Source: an uncultured Oligoflexia bacterium (GTDB taxonomy: Bacteria; Bdellovibrionota; UBA1018; UBA6935). Taken from it: a stretch of 64,000 nt of DNA. Under the pieces are notes generated by a model. That model was given only the letters and a program-made list of their open reading frames with translations, had not been told where the DNA came from and made no database searches. Positions 1-9,047 of this stretch are shown piece after piece; position 1 is the stretch's first letter, and each line of letters opens with the position of its first letter. The stretch spans positions 203,788 to 267,787 of the forward strand of contig CAXGWU010000001.1 in the NCBI GenBank assembly GCA_964013565.1, read 5' to 3'. The translations under genes and the position numbers were made by a program.

Positions 1-176
1 TGAGGACGTTTTAATGTGGCGTTCCCTAATCCTTCTCCGTGCTTAGAGGGATCATAGGATTCTTTTTTCTTAAATTGAGATTGGTGTTTTGGAGCGAGGA
101 GTCGATGTATTCCCCATAAAAACAAGGGGACTCCGAGCCAATAATAATCCATCCATTTCACATTCATTTTTTCCAT
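1..176 (-). CDS. Partial ORF running off the left window edge (hypothetical protein N-terminus MEKMNVKWMDYYWLGVPLFLWG...)
   Basis: Reverse-complement reading from the ATG at 176-174 is open to the window edge (about 58 codons, hydrophobic N-terminus). It is divergent from comEC. It is absent from the ORF track because it is truncated. Confidence 0.25.
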   Translation of the reverse strand, partial: MEKMNVKWMDYYWLGVPLFLWGIHRLLAPKHQSQFKKKESYDPSKHGEGLGNATLKRP

Positions 177-196
177 TATGCCTTAAAAAAGATTAA

Positions 197-2266
197 TTGG
201 CACCTTCTCTGCAAGGTTTTGCTTTTAAGATGTATCTTTTCTTTTTTTTGACTCTGTCTTTTGCCAAGCCAGTTTATGTAGAAAAAAAACTATGCCCTAC
301 TCATTTACTTGCTAAATTGAATTCGAGCCCTTATTGCCGAGCTTCATGGAGAGTAGGAGAGAGGGAGCGTCTTTGTTTGAGTGCAGATCAATGGAGATCC
401 TACCTTGAGAGTCCCTACGATCTATGTAATCGCTGGAGAGTTAAAGTTCGGAAAAAATCTTATTTTAATAATCAGAAAAATCATTCAAAAGAAATAGCAA
501 CATTTTATCACTCAAAAAAGATTCGGATATCCAAAGCGCATCGAAGTTCATGGATTTATTTTACCGAGAATCAAAGAGAATCTTTTTCTCGCTTTCTTCA
601 TTCTTATGATCCACAAGGATGGCTCAGACGACTCATTTTATCTGAAAAAGTAAGAGGATCTCAAGAAAGTCTTTTAAGGAAAATAGGCTTTGTTCATTTG
701 TTCACGGTTGCGGGGATTCATCTTTATGCGGTTCTTTTAGGAATTGAAAAAATATTTTTTTTGATTCGTATTTTTTTTAATTTTAGAAATAGGATCTTTT
801 TTTTCTTTGTGACTCATAGTTTTTTATTCATTTTAATGGGTTGGATTACCCTCCTTGGAGGCGGGAGAGAAGGGTTTTTAAGACCTACTTTGGTTTTTAT
901 TTTACGAAGATTTGCTCATGGGCTTGGATGGCGATGGCCCATTTTAACTCCTCTCTGTTTATCTTTGTTTATTGATTTTATTCTTTATTTATTTGTGACT
1001 CAGACACAAACAGATTTTGGCTTTGCTCCAGGAAGGCTTCATTATGCATTGGCTGTTGGAGGAGGGTTGTTAGGTATTGAGTTTATTTTTAATAAAAATT
1101 TTTTTGAAAAAATAAAACAACATTTAAAACTTTCTCTTGGATCTTGGGTGGGAGTGGCTTTTGTTGATGTTTTTCAACAGGGATGGATTGCATGGGGAAC
1201 CCCGCTCATCAGTTTGATTACTATTCCTGTCTTTTCTTTGATTATTTTTCCATTCACATTAATTTGTTTTTTATCTTACGATTTTATCCCCTTTTTTTTA
1301 ATTCACGGGATTATGACTGTTTTAGAAAAATTAACGGATGCTCTTGTTTTTTTTGGAGTTTTTATTACGGAATACTTTCATTTACTCTGGGAAGTCAGTT
1401 CTCAGTGGTTTTTTGTCTCTATCGTCATCGTTCTTTTTACAAGAAAAATGAATCGATTAAAATTGGTGCTTTTTTTAATGGTGATTCGATTTTTCTTTTT
1501 TGAAACTTCCATTCGCTCAAAGACACCGTATGAAATTGTTCAAATCGACGTTGGACAGGGATCTGCGACTTTGGTTATCAGTTCCTCTTCTGTGGGATTA
1601 ATTGATGTTGGATCAGAGTATTCTCTTTCATCATCTCAATGGCTTGATGTATTTCATCGTTTAGGTGTTCGTAAGTTGGACTGGGTTGAGTTTTCTCATT
1701 TAGATGAAGATCACAGTGGAGGACTCATTCATATTGCTCCGATTATTAAAATTGGATGTCTTTCTGGAGCGCCTGCTCTTTGGAAAACCAAACGTTCTCG
1801 AGTCGTTAAAGAAATTGGGAAAAAATTTCATATCAAGTTAGATCAAAAAAGAAAGTTTTGTTTTCCGTATGAATTTGCTGATTTAAGAGAAAATAAAAAA
1901 TCAGGAAACGCGATGATGAGTCTTTACCGAATTCCGTGGAAGAGAAAAAGCGTTTCAGGAGTTTTTCATATTCATGGAGATGCAAGTCATTTTCTTGAAA
2001 AACTTTTTTTAAAAAAATGGAGAAGAAATTCAAATCAGAAGCATATTTATCTAAGCGCGCACCACGGTTCTCGATACTCAAATTCTAAAGAAGTACTTAA
2101 AAAATTAAAACCAGATCAAGTTTGGATGAGTTCGGGTTTTGGAAATAGACATGGTCATCCTCATGGAGCAACTCTCCAAAGGTTTTATGATCTCGGTATT
2201 TCAATTCGGAGGACGGACCAGCAGGGTTGGATTTTGTTAAGTGAAGAAGTAAAAAGAATGTTTTGA
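197..2266 (+). CDS. comEC: DNA internalization competence protein ComEC/Rec2 (polytopic membrane N-terminal region plus C-terminal metallo-beta-lactamase domain)
   Basis: The 689 aa protein has many predicted TM helices. The C-terminal domain carries an MBL-type HxHxDH motif (SHLDEDHSGG) and downstream HG and H residues, as in ComEC. The true start may be internal or upstream. Confidence 0.75.
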   Translation: MAPSLQGFAFKMYLFFFLTLSFAKPVYVEKKLCPTHLLAKLNSSPYCRASWRVGERERLCLSADQWRSYLESPYDLCNRWRVKVRKKSYFNNQKNHSKEIATFYHSKKIRISKAHRSSWIYFTENQRESFSRFLHSYDPQGWLRRLILSEKVRGSQESLLRKIGFVHLFTVAGIHLYAVLLGIEKIFFLIRIFFNFRNRIFFFFVTHSFLFILMGWITLLGGGREGFLRPTLVFILRRFAHGLGWRWPILTPLCLSLFIDFILYLFVTQTQTDFGFAPGRLHYALAVGGGLLGIEFIFNKNFFEKIKQHLKLSLGSWVGVAFVDVFQQGWIAWGTPLISLITIPVFSLIIFPFTLICFLSYDFIPFFLIHGIMTVLEKLTDALVFFGVFITEYFHLLWEVSSQWFFVSIVIVLFTRKMNRLKLVLFLMVIRFFFFETSIRSKTPYEIVQIDVGQGSATLVISSSSVGLIDVGSEYSLSSSQWLDVFHRLGVRKLDWVEFSHLDEDHSGGLIHIAPIIKIGCLSGAPALWKTKRSRVVKEIGKKFHIKLDQKRKFCFPYEFADLRENKKSGNAMMSLYRIPWKRKSVSGVFHIHGDASHFLEKLFLKKWRRNSNQKHIYLSAHHGSRYSNSKEVLKKLKPDQVWMSSGFGNRHGHPHGATLQRFYDLGISIRRTDQQGWILLSEEVKRMF

Positions 2267-2330
2267 AGTGACTTTAGATTTTTATCTAAATATCTGAAAT
2301 TAAATAAAAAGTAACTTTTTATTTTGTTAA

Positions 2331-3122
2331 TTGATTTTAATTATCACTTATTTTATGTTTCGCGTCATGAGAATGTTCGCTTTTTTTATGGTCATTGGAT
2401 TATCTACTCTGAGTCCCTTTGTTTTTGCAGAAGAGGCTGGATCTACGGTGATTGTAACCCCACAAGAAAATCTTTTAGGTGAGACAGAAATTTTACTCAA
2501 TGCAAAAGAATTGGGATTAAAAATCGATTCAAATTTAAAGAAGATTGAGTCTCTCATCAATCAAATGAACAACATGAGTGATGTAAGAAAAAAAAATGAA
2601 GTTCTTGCAAAACATATGGATGTGAATATGAAGGCAAATATCAATCGACTGGTTTTTGAATCTGAGCAGATCTTAAAAGAATTACAATCTCTGATCAGTA
2701 GGCATTCTGAGTCACAATTAATAGAATTTTTCGCGATGAAAGACTCTTTGGATTCCATTTTTGAAAAAAGCTTTTGGACTTTAATCGGACTTACAGCTCT
2801 TCAACTCACGTTTGATGGGAATATAGCCGATGCAGTCATTTCAGTAGGACAAGTCTTTGCTCTTGTCCTTATAATAAATATTCCTTACATCGATGAAAAC
2901 AATAAAAGAAACTCAGAGTATTATGAAAAAAGATTTATTAAGAGACATACAGGTCTTCGTGGATGGTGGAGAACTCGTAAAGCAAGAATTCTAGAGCGAA
3001 AGATGAGTCAGGTTTTCTCTGAAGCGAATTTACATCGCCTGACTCCTGAGGAAGCAAAAGCAATGCTTCATTCTTCTCTTCAATCCGTCGGTTGTGAGAT
3101 TTTACTCGCGAAGATCAAATAG
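2331..3122 (+). CDS. Hypothetical secreted/membrane protein (signal peptide MRMFAFFMVIGLSTLSPFVFA, coiled-coil-like middle)
   Basis: The ORF has an N-terminal signal peptide. No recognisable catalytic motif is present. Confidence 0.45.
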   Translation: MILIITYFMFRVMRMFAFFMVIGLSTLSPFVFAEEAGSTVIVTPQENLLGETEILLNAKELGLKIDSNLKKIESLINQMNNMSDVRKKNEVLAKHMDVNMKANINRLVFESEQILKELQSLISRHSESQLIEFFAMKDSLDSIFEKSFWTLIGLTALQLTFDGNIADAVISVGQVFALVLIINIPYIDENNKRNSEYYEKRFIKRHTGLRGWWRTRKARILERKMSQVFSEANLHRLTPEEAKAMLHSSLQSVGCEILLAKIK

Positions 3123-3864
3123 CAAAAAATAAGATAAAAATAATAGTCTTCGTAAGGATTTAGAGTAAAGCGCTTTATTTTAGATTTGAATCCGGGGAGA
3201 GTCATATTTAACTTCTGAACCTCCACATGATTCCTATGCAACTCTCAGCGGGGTAGTTCTCTTAAAAACATCGTGGTGGGTTGAGAGGTGGTAGCGTTTC
3301 ATTGAGATCACGATATTGATCCAATGAAGGTGCTCATGTGCAAGGTCAGGGTTTTTATAGCCAACACACGCTTATGGTTAAGTTTCTTTCGATAGATGGC
3401 AGCCGTATAGGTAGCTTTGCCATTGAATTTGGGACTCCGTCCGTGATGTACTTTTCTATGACTTCCGAAAACATTGATTCAATGCCCGTCACTTTGGTTT
3501 TCCTACTTTATCCTCTTGTAATGCGATAAAAAATGATTCTTTTTGGGTTTCTTTTCTTTCTTGATTCGTTTACTTGCCTTCAACAACAAATTCATCGACA
3601 GCGATGATTCCATCAGAGCAAGGAGAAAAGTAAGTGAAAGAGTTTATCATGTGGCTTGTGTCATTATTCACTATTTTTACTGGAATCTATGGTGTGAGAG
3701 AAATTAAAATAAGAGGAATGATACGGGCTTATGATGAGTTCAGAAAAGAGGTTCTACTCAAAGCTCGAAGAACCACAATCATCTTTTGTTGATTTTAGTG
3801 AAAAGCTTTCAAGAAAATATTTTGAAGAAGCCTGGATGAGGCATACGAAACAAAGTACTGAAAG

Positions 3865-5040
3865 TTAAATACGAATCTCTTTAGAGGTTGTATTGATGAT
3901 CAGATATAGAGTTGGTTTAAGGTTAATCGGTTTACTTCCTTTAAGAATTTGAATTTTTTTGTCACGTGTGAAGATTTGATAAAATTCTAACCTAGTATCA
4001 AGTAGCTTTGGACGAATCCTACCAGAGAATACACGAAAGTCACCAGGCAGTAACTTTTCCTGAGTAGATATAAAATCAGGAATTTTTTTCATACGTTTCC
4101 AATATGGAATTTTAAGGAGAGATTTCTTAGATGATTGAGCTGCAAATGCTGCAGCAAAAAAACGAATGATCCCATTTTGTGTGAATTTTTCGCGTGTGAA
4201 TAGATCTATGCTTTCGATCTCTAGAGAGTTTTTCAAGTCACAAGTGATCATCGATAAAAAATCGTTTTCAGGACAATTTGTTTTTACTCCGTTTTGAGCA
4301 ATTTCAAGAATAGAGGGAAATAATTCCCAACCTTTCCAGTGATGGAATATAAAATTGACAAATAAAAAGCTTAGTCCGTAGGACTCTGAAGACTGTAGAG
4401 GACGTGATTTTTCTAATAAATGAGGAATTTTTGAGCTCATATGAAGTTTTTCAACACTTTGCTGAGGTCGCTTTCCTCCTACATCGTTTTCAAGGATTTG
4501 TGCAACACCTTCTTCAAACCAGGACGGAAGGAGGAAATCTTCAAGCAGAGCGTGTACCAGTTCATGAATGAGGAGCGCTCTCCATTCCTTTAGTGAATTG
4601 ATTTGGCAATCAAATGAAACCATTCGAATTTTTAAAGAGGAGTCATTGATGTAAAAACTGGAGAACGAATGTTTTTCAGGAAAAGCATCGAGTGCTACTA
4701 TTATTTTTTTTTGAGAAAGGATCTTAGTATAATCGATATGAATTTTTGAAAGAGCATCCTCCATGGTCTTAGAAAAAAAAGCGCTATCAAACCAAGTCTT
4801 GATCGTTTTTTTAGAGTCGCATTTTTTTAGTGCTCCGTCATATAGATAGACTCGAAATGGATAAGTTCCATCTAATCGAGATGCAGATCGAACTGTTTTG
4901 ACAAAATAATTTCGATCATCATTATAACGATAGCTCGGAATATCCTCGGCTCTACCGTTCATGATAAGAACGGTGAGCACAAAGATATTCCAAACAGCTA
5001 TTTTATTCAACATCGACAACAAACGAATCCGTAATTTCAT
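3865..5040 (-). CDS. Secreted putative zinc metallopeptidase, peptidase MA-like (HExxH...EEGxA)
   Basis: Motif LIHELVHALLEDFLLPSWFEEGVAQ gives HExxH plus a downstream E-E-G-x-A, typical of the peptidase_MA_2 gluzincin fold. The likely start is the ATG at 5040 (MKLRIRLLSMLNKIAVWNIFVLTVLIMNG, a classic signal peptide). The track ORF extends to 5142 and would overlap the upstream gene by 140 nt. Confidence 0.5.
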   Translation of the reverse strand: MKLRIRLLSMLNKIAVWNIFVLTVLIMNGRAEDIPSYRYNDDRNYFVKTVRSASRLDGTYPFRVYLYDGALKKCDSKKTIKTWFDSAFFSKTMEDALSKIHIDYTKILSQKKIIVALDAFPEKHSFSSFYINDSSLKIRMVSFDCQINSLKEWRALLIHELVHALLEDFLLPSWFEEGVAQILENDVGGKRPQQSVEKLHMSSKIPHLLEKSRPLQSSESYGLSFLFVNFIFHHWKGWELFPSILEIAQNGVKTNCPENDFLSMITCDLKNSLEIESIDLFTREKFTQNGIIRFFAAAFAAQSSKKSLLKIPYWKRMKKIPDFISTQEKLLPGDFRVFSGRIRPKLLDTRLEFYQIFTRDKKIQILKGSKPINLKPTLYLIINTTSKEIRI

Positions 5041-6121
5041 TAATGCCGCCCTGATAAAAATTGATCCGATACGACCCTGGGAATACAGAAATTCGGGTAT
5101 CTCCGTAATCAAGAGAAATTCGACCGTCGACAACAGGAGCATGAAACCCTACCAATTGGCTTGAGAACTGATAGAGTGGGTTTTTTCGGGTAGTACTATT
5201 GCCTTTTGCTGCGCGAACAGCTGAGATGCAACCCCGTTTTGAGGGAACTTTTTCTGCCGTTGTTTTTATGAGTGGTGCTCCAACGAGCCAGAATCCATCC
5301 AGTCCATTAATCCATGTTTTAAGCCGAGTCACCTTTTTATTTTTATTTTCACAGTCTTTATAACGAAGCTTGGGCATTTCGAGACTTCTTTTTTCATAAA
5401 CATTTTGAGTTGATGAATAAAATTCTCCAGAATAGTAGTCATCTAGTCGATAGGTGTAGGTTCGTTCAACGTCTTCTGACTGACGTTCTTTTTTTGTAGG
5501 GATATGACCATATTCTCTGATCAAGCTACTTAAAAAACTTGACGAGTTTAAAAGAATAGGGAATTGGTACTGGTCTCGTGATGATCCTATTACTTCATCG
5601 TTAAACTTTTTCCTTTCTTTGGGGTCTTGATCATTTCGCTCAATACGAACAAGGTGATCAGGATATTCTGGTAGTTCAATCTCTTTTAATTCTGTTATAA
5701 AGTCATTCCCGTGAATCGTTACGATTTCAGAGTAAAGTGAATTCGAGTAGAGGAGTTGATAATGACCGGGAGCCACAGTCACACGTGTTCCCAATTTGAA
5801 ATACGCCCAAGGACGACAACTTTGTGGGACTATTTTAGAGTTTTCATAATTACATTCTCTAATTCCGTACTTCCCACCTGCAAATGCTCCAGCGAAAGAC
5901 TCTCCAACGACTTGTATGGTTCCGTTGTTGGGGTTTTTATTAAAAAAGGCAGACGGACTCGTCAGAGTATCTGTTTGATATGGAATTGTAGTGACCAATT
6001 CATCTCCGCCACTCCCAATGACACCACCTCCTTCTTCCATATATTTACCAAAGGCAAATGGAGTGATTAAGATCATTTCAATTCCAATAACAGGGACAAG
6101 TAATAGTTTACTTAACTTCAT
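5003..6121 (-). CDS. Secreted hypothetical protein (signal peptide MKLSKLLLVPVIGIEMILITPFAFG)
   Basis: The ORF has a signal peptide and no known motifs. It sits between the TIGR02147-like gene and the HExxH gene in the same orientation with overlapping ends. Confidence 0.5.
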   Translation of the reverse strand: MKLSKLLLVPVIGIEMILITPFAFGKYMEEGGGVIGSGGDELVTTIPYQTDTLTSPSAFFNKNPNNGTIQVVGESFAGAFAGGKYGIRECNYENSKIVPQSCRPWAYFKLGTRVTVAPGHYQLLYSNSLYSEIVTIHGNDFITELKEIELPEYPDHLVRIERNDQDPKERKKFNDEVIGSSRDQYQFPILLNSSSFLSSLIREYGHIPTKKERQSEDVERTYTYRLDDYYSGEFYSSTQNVYEKRSLEMPKLRYKDCENKNKKVTRLKTWINGLDGFWLVGAPLIKTTAEKVPSKRGCISAVRAAKGNSTTRKNPLYQFSSQLVGFHAPVVDGRISLDYGDTRISVFPGSYRINFYQGGINEITDSFVVDVE

Positions 6122-7049
6122 ACAGACTTTCCTTTTGTTCTAGGTTTAGAGTAAGAGTATCACCACTGGGATCATTCTTCGTTTGAGTAGAATGTAGGAT
6201 GGTTTCTGATACAGGGACTAAGTGCAAATTGAGTTGATAGAGTCTTCTATTATCAACCTGTTCTGCACTAAATTTTGATAAGATTTCACGAGAGAATTGA
6301 CATAACTGGGCATCCAGTCTTTCAAACTCTTTGGGACTTAAAGGCACTAAGACTGCTCTCTGACGACGAGTTGAAGGTGGAAGGTCAATGGATTCGATTG
6401 CTTCTTGCATACATTCTTTATGGAACAGTTGTAGAGCTTGATCTCCAATTTGATCGTCAACTTCAAAAAGATCTGTCTTTGAAATCCAGTAAGTTTCTTT
6501 TTTCTCAACTAAGTCGAGTCTTACTAAAACTTCGATTGTTCGCTTTATTTGAGAGACGGAGACACCTAAAGTTTTTGCTAAATGAGTTTCAGTGGGTTTC
6601 CACCCTTTTAGAGAAACAAGCGTCAAAACTCTTGGGCATAGAGGTGAAGAAAGAAATTGGAAGTGGTTTTTAATTTTGGAGCGAGACTTTACGAACAGCT
6701 TTTGTGCATAATGACTTCTTTCTGTCACCGTATTTGCTTGAGAAAATCCTACCAAGTTCTCAAAATACTGCGATTCTTTCTCGTTTAATTGAAGTCCCTG
6801 AATGAAAAGAGGAATGGTTCGACTTGTAATCGATCGTTTTCCGGAAACGACGAGCTGAAGAAAGGTTCTGCTTTTAAAACCCATTTCTTGGGCCCAAGTA
6901 GAGAATGAAAATTTGGTGTCTGTTGTCTTTCTCCAAGTATAGTAGTCAGCTAAATATTTTCGTACATCAAGAAATTGCGAAATTTCTGGCTGTTGAACTT
7001 TTCTTTGTTTCACGGGGAGAGGAGTAAATAAAAAGACGCATCGAGTCAA
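6108..7049 (-). CDS. TIGR02147-family-like protein (putative HTH-containing regulator of a paralogous family known from Fibrobacter, Bdellovibrio and Leptospira)
   Basis: The N-terminal block ISQFLDVRKYLADYYTWRK...FSFSTWAQEMGFKSRTFLQLVVSGKRSITS and the C-terminal LYQLNLHLVP motif match my recollection of TIGR02147. It is a clear paralogue of the 9040..9990 gene. Confidence 0.55.
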   Translation of the reverse strand: MTRCVFLFTPLPVKQRKVQQPEISQFLDVRKYLADYYTWRKTTDTKFSFSTWAQEMGFKSRTFLQLVVSGKRSITSRTIPLFIQGLQLNEKESQYFENLVGFSQANTVTERSHYAQKLFVKSRSKIKNHFQFLSSPLCPRVLTLVSLKGWKPTETHLAKTLGVSVSQIKRTIEVLVRLDLVEKKETYWISKTDLFEVDDQIGDQALQLFHKECMQEAIESIDLPPSTRRQRAVLVPLSPKEFERLDAQLCQFSREILSKFSAEQVDNRRLYQLNLHLVPVSETILHSTQTKNDPSGDTLTLNLEQKESLYEVK

Positions 7050-7274
7050 TTCTTTATTTGTTTTGAAATCGAAATATTTTTTATCTATTTGAAATAATTC
7101 AATTACATTTTGGTCAAATCTTTTTTTGTCTACGAACTGAAGACAGTTTTGACTATTTCAATATCTCGCCATTGCTTAAATTTAGTATAATTGTCCAATG
7201 TACGTGACCCTCATTTCGAGTAGACACCTCTTTGCCAGGAAAAAAATCTTTTATGTAGAGATAATAAAAATGAA

Positions 7275-7308
7275 AGAGCGGATGATTTACATCCGCTCTT
7301 TTTATTTG
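7275..7308. terminator. Rho-independent terminator hairpin (10-bp stem agagcggatg/catccgctct, 5-nt loop, T-tract), usable on both strands
   Basis: It is a perfect inverted repeat followed by tttttattt on the plus strand. It lies immediately downstream of the stop (7313..7311) of the minus-strand 7311..9047 gene. Confidence 0.5.
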
Positions 7309-7310
7309 GA

Positions 7311-9047
7311 TTAAAATCCAGATTCAATGATCTGAGCAATATAGATTAAACCTAATAAATTTCTTATTTGAGATGAATAAGATCGAATTGAGAATTTTTC
7401 AGCTTTTTCTACTTTTTTGACTTTGGTATCCGATCCTTTTTTAAAATCAACAATGAATGTTTTCATTGAATTGTGATAACCTTCAATTTTTTTAATGACT
7501 GCTTTTGGATGTTCATAAGTTGAATTAATCTGTGCAAAAGATGTAGAAAAATTGAAACGATCTTGCAATTGATCATAGATTTGCTGGGTTGCTTCCCATG
7601 GAAATTCGGTTTGTTTATTTTCTTTTTTGTGATTTTCTATGATTTGTACGTATCGATTAAAATTGCCAAATTTATTTTCGATTTTATTTATATCTTCTTC
7701 AAAATTTTTCGATCTTCTTTTTATGTCCTCCTCTAGTTTTGGAAAAATAAACAGAGCTCTTTCTTTCATAAGAAGACTCTTTCTTGCTTTTCTTTTATGA
7801 ATAGCAAGGGGCCCATTTTGAGAATCAATGTCTATACAAAAAAGATTATTTGTATTTCTAAAGCTGGATATAGAATGTCCCTTCCGATAGTCTTCCCAGA
7901 AATATTCTCTGAGAAATCCAAGGCCCATATTTCTCTCACTAATTGCATCGAATTTTTGTAGTAGTTCGATAATGTTTTTAGATCCGCTCGACATGGCTTC
8001 AATCAATTGGTGAGTAACTTGAATATCGGGAACAATTTGAATTTTCGGGTAATCGTACTTTTCGTATTTGAGAGTTTCTGTGTACTGGATTTCAGTGAGG
8101 ACAGATCCTAGGTATCCTTCACTCTGGAGAGGAGGGCGGCCGTCAGGGAAGTCCTTAGCTTGAATTGCGTAGCATCCGTCAGAGTCATTAAGGATTTTAA
8201 AATTTAATTCAAGATAAGGATGGTCAATCCATGTTCCGGCCTCCATTGCAAAAGCAAATCCTTCTACAAAAGCCGCTTCTTCAGAAGTTTTTAGATCAAA
8301 AATAGAAGTTTCTGAAACATTGATATCGTTAGAGTCGGTAAAATCATGCCAATGTGTTATTTTATGAGGATATTGTTTTCCTAGTGCTCTATAAACAAGA
8401 ACATGAGCAAGTTCATGTCTGAAGAACGATTGATGATTACGAGAGACGAGTCGATCAATACTTTTGAGAGGCTTTTGTCTGCTCCAATGAATCATTCCAG
8501 AATGATGATCAAACCAGCTTCTTTCTTTAATTTTAACTTCTTTGTTTTTTTGAGAGTTAATAATTTCAATTTTTTTAGGTCTTACATGAAAAATGACTTC
8601 AATCGGTTTTTGATTTAAATGATAAGAAGTGTCAATGAGTTTTTTACCCACAGAGGAATACTTTTTGCCTTCAAGTTCAACGGGTAAGGTACTTCTATGA
8701 AGCTCAACGAGAAACTGGTTGTATGCGTCCCTTAGTCTAAAACGAGTACATAAATCTAAATGAGTTAATTTTTTTCCATTTCTTTTTTTGAAAATAAATT
8801 TATTTTGATAAACTTTAGGAGTTTCAATGTATTTTGATTTTCCTGAACATTGGACGACCTGATTTGGGTTTTCTTTAAAAAAAGGTTCTAACTCTTTTTT
8901 TATACTGATGTCTTCAATTTCAATCAAATAAACCCAAGAAGATTTGTGATCGAATCCCCCACCACCATTTCCAGGTCCATGATCCTCAACGCCTGGGACA
9001 GGAGGTTGAGCGAGAGCGTGCGTGACAATAAATAACCATTTAATCAT
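7311..9047 (-). CDS. Secreted HExxH protein, putative zinc metallopeptidase (peptidase MA-like with insertion), large C-terminal Lys/Glu-rich region
   Basis: FRHELAHVLVYRALG (HExxH) is followed about 45 residues later by FVEGFAFAME (ExxEGxA-like). The likely start is the ATG at 9047-9045 (MIKWLFIVTHALAQPP, a signal peptide), 2 nt after the stop of the upstream TIGR02147-like gene. The track ORF extends to 9170. Confidence 0.5.
   Translation of the reverse strand: MIKWLFIVTHALAQPPVPGVEDHGPGNGGGGFDHKSSWVYLIEIEDISIKKELEPFFKENPNQVVQCSGKSKYIETPKVYQNKFIFKKRNGKKLTHLDLCTRFRLRDAYNQFLVELHRSTLPVELEGKKYSSVGKKLIDTSYHLNQKPIEVIFHVRPKKIEIINSQKNKEVKIKERSWFDHHSGMIHWSRQKPLKSIDRLVSRNHQSFFRHELAHVLVYRALGKQYPHKITHWHDFTDSNDINVSETSIFDLKTSEEAAFVEGFAFAMEAGTWIDHPYLELNFKILNDSDGCYAIQAKDFPDGRPPLQSEGYLGSVLTEIQYTETLKYEKYDYPKIQIVPDIQVTHQLIEAMSSGSKNIIELLQKFDAISERNMGLGFLREYFWEDYRKGHSISSFRNTNNLFCIDIDSQNGPLAIHKRKARKSLLMKERALFIFPKLEEDIKRRSKNFEEDINKIENKFGNFNRYVQIIENHKKENKQTEFPWEATQQIYDQLQDRFNFSTSFAQINSTYEHPKAVIKKIEGYHNSMKTFIVDFKKGSDTKVKKVEKAEKFSIRSYSSQIRNLLGLIYIAQIIESGF

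Noticed and set aside
1183-2081. Internal ORFs 1183..1503 (+) and 1833..2081 (-) inside comEC
   Set aside because: They are low-complexity shadow ORFs in alternative frames of a well-supported gene.
3325-3370. SRP (4.5S) RNA-like string GGUGCUCAUGUGCAAGGUCAGGG...AGCCAAC
   Set aside because: It lacks the conserved domain IV GGAA tetraloop and the GGAAGGAAGCAGCC block. The resemblance is limited to two short k-mers.
3181-3530. tmRNA or RNase P RNA in the GC-richer intergenic core
   Set aside because: There is no GGGG...tRNA-like 3' end with a GGTTCGAnTCC T-loop, no tag-peptide reading frame, and no GGAAAGUCCGG or AGGGUGAAA RNase P motifs on either strand.
5003-5142. 140-nt overlap between ORFs 3865..5142 and 5003..6121
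   Set aside because: It is resolved by using the internal ATG at 5040 (or 5013), which begins a canonical signal peptide. The long overlap is an artefact of taking the longest ORF.
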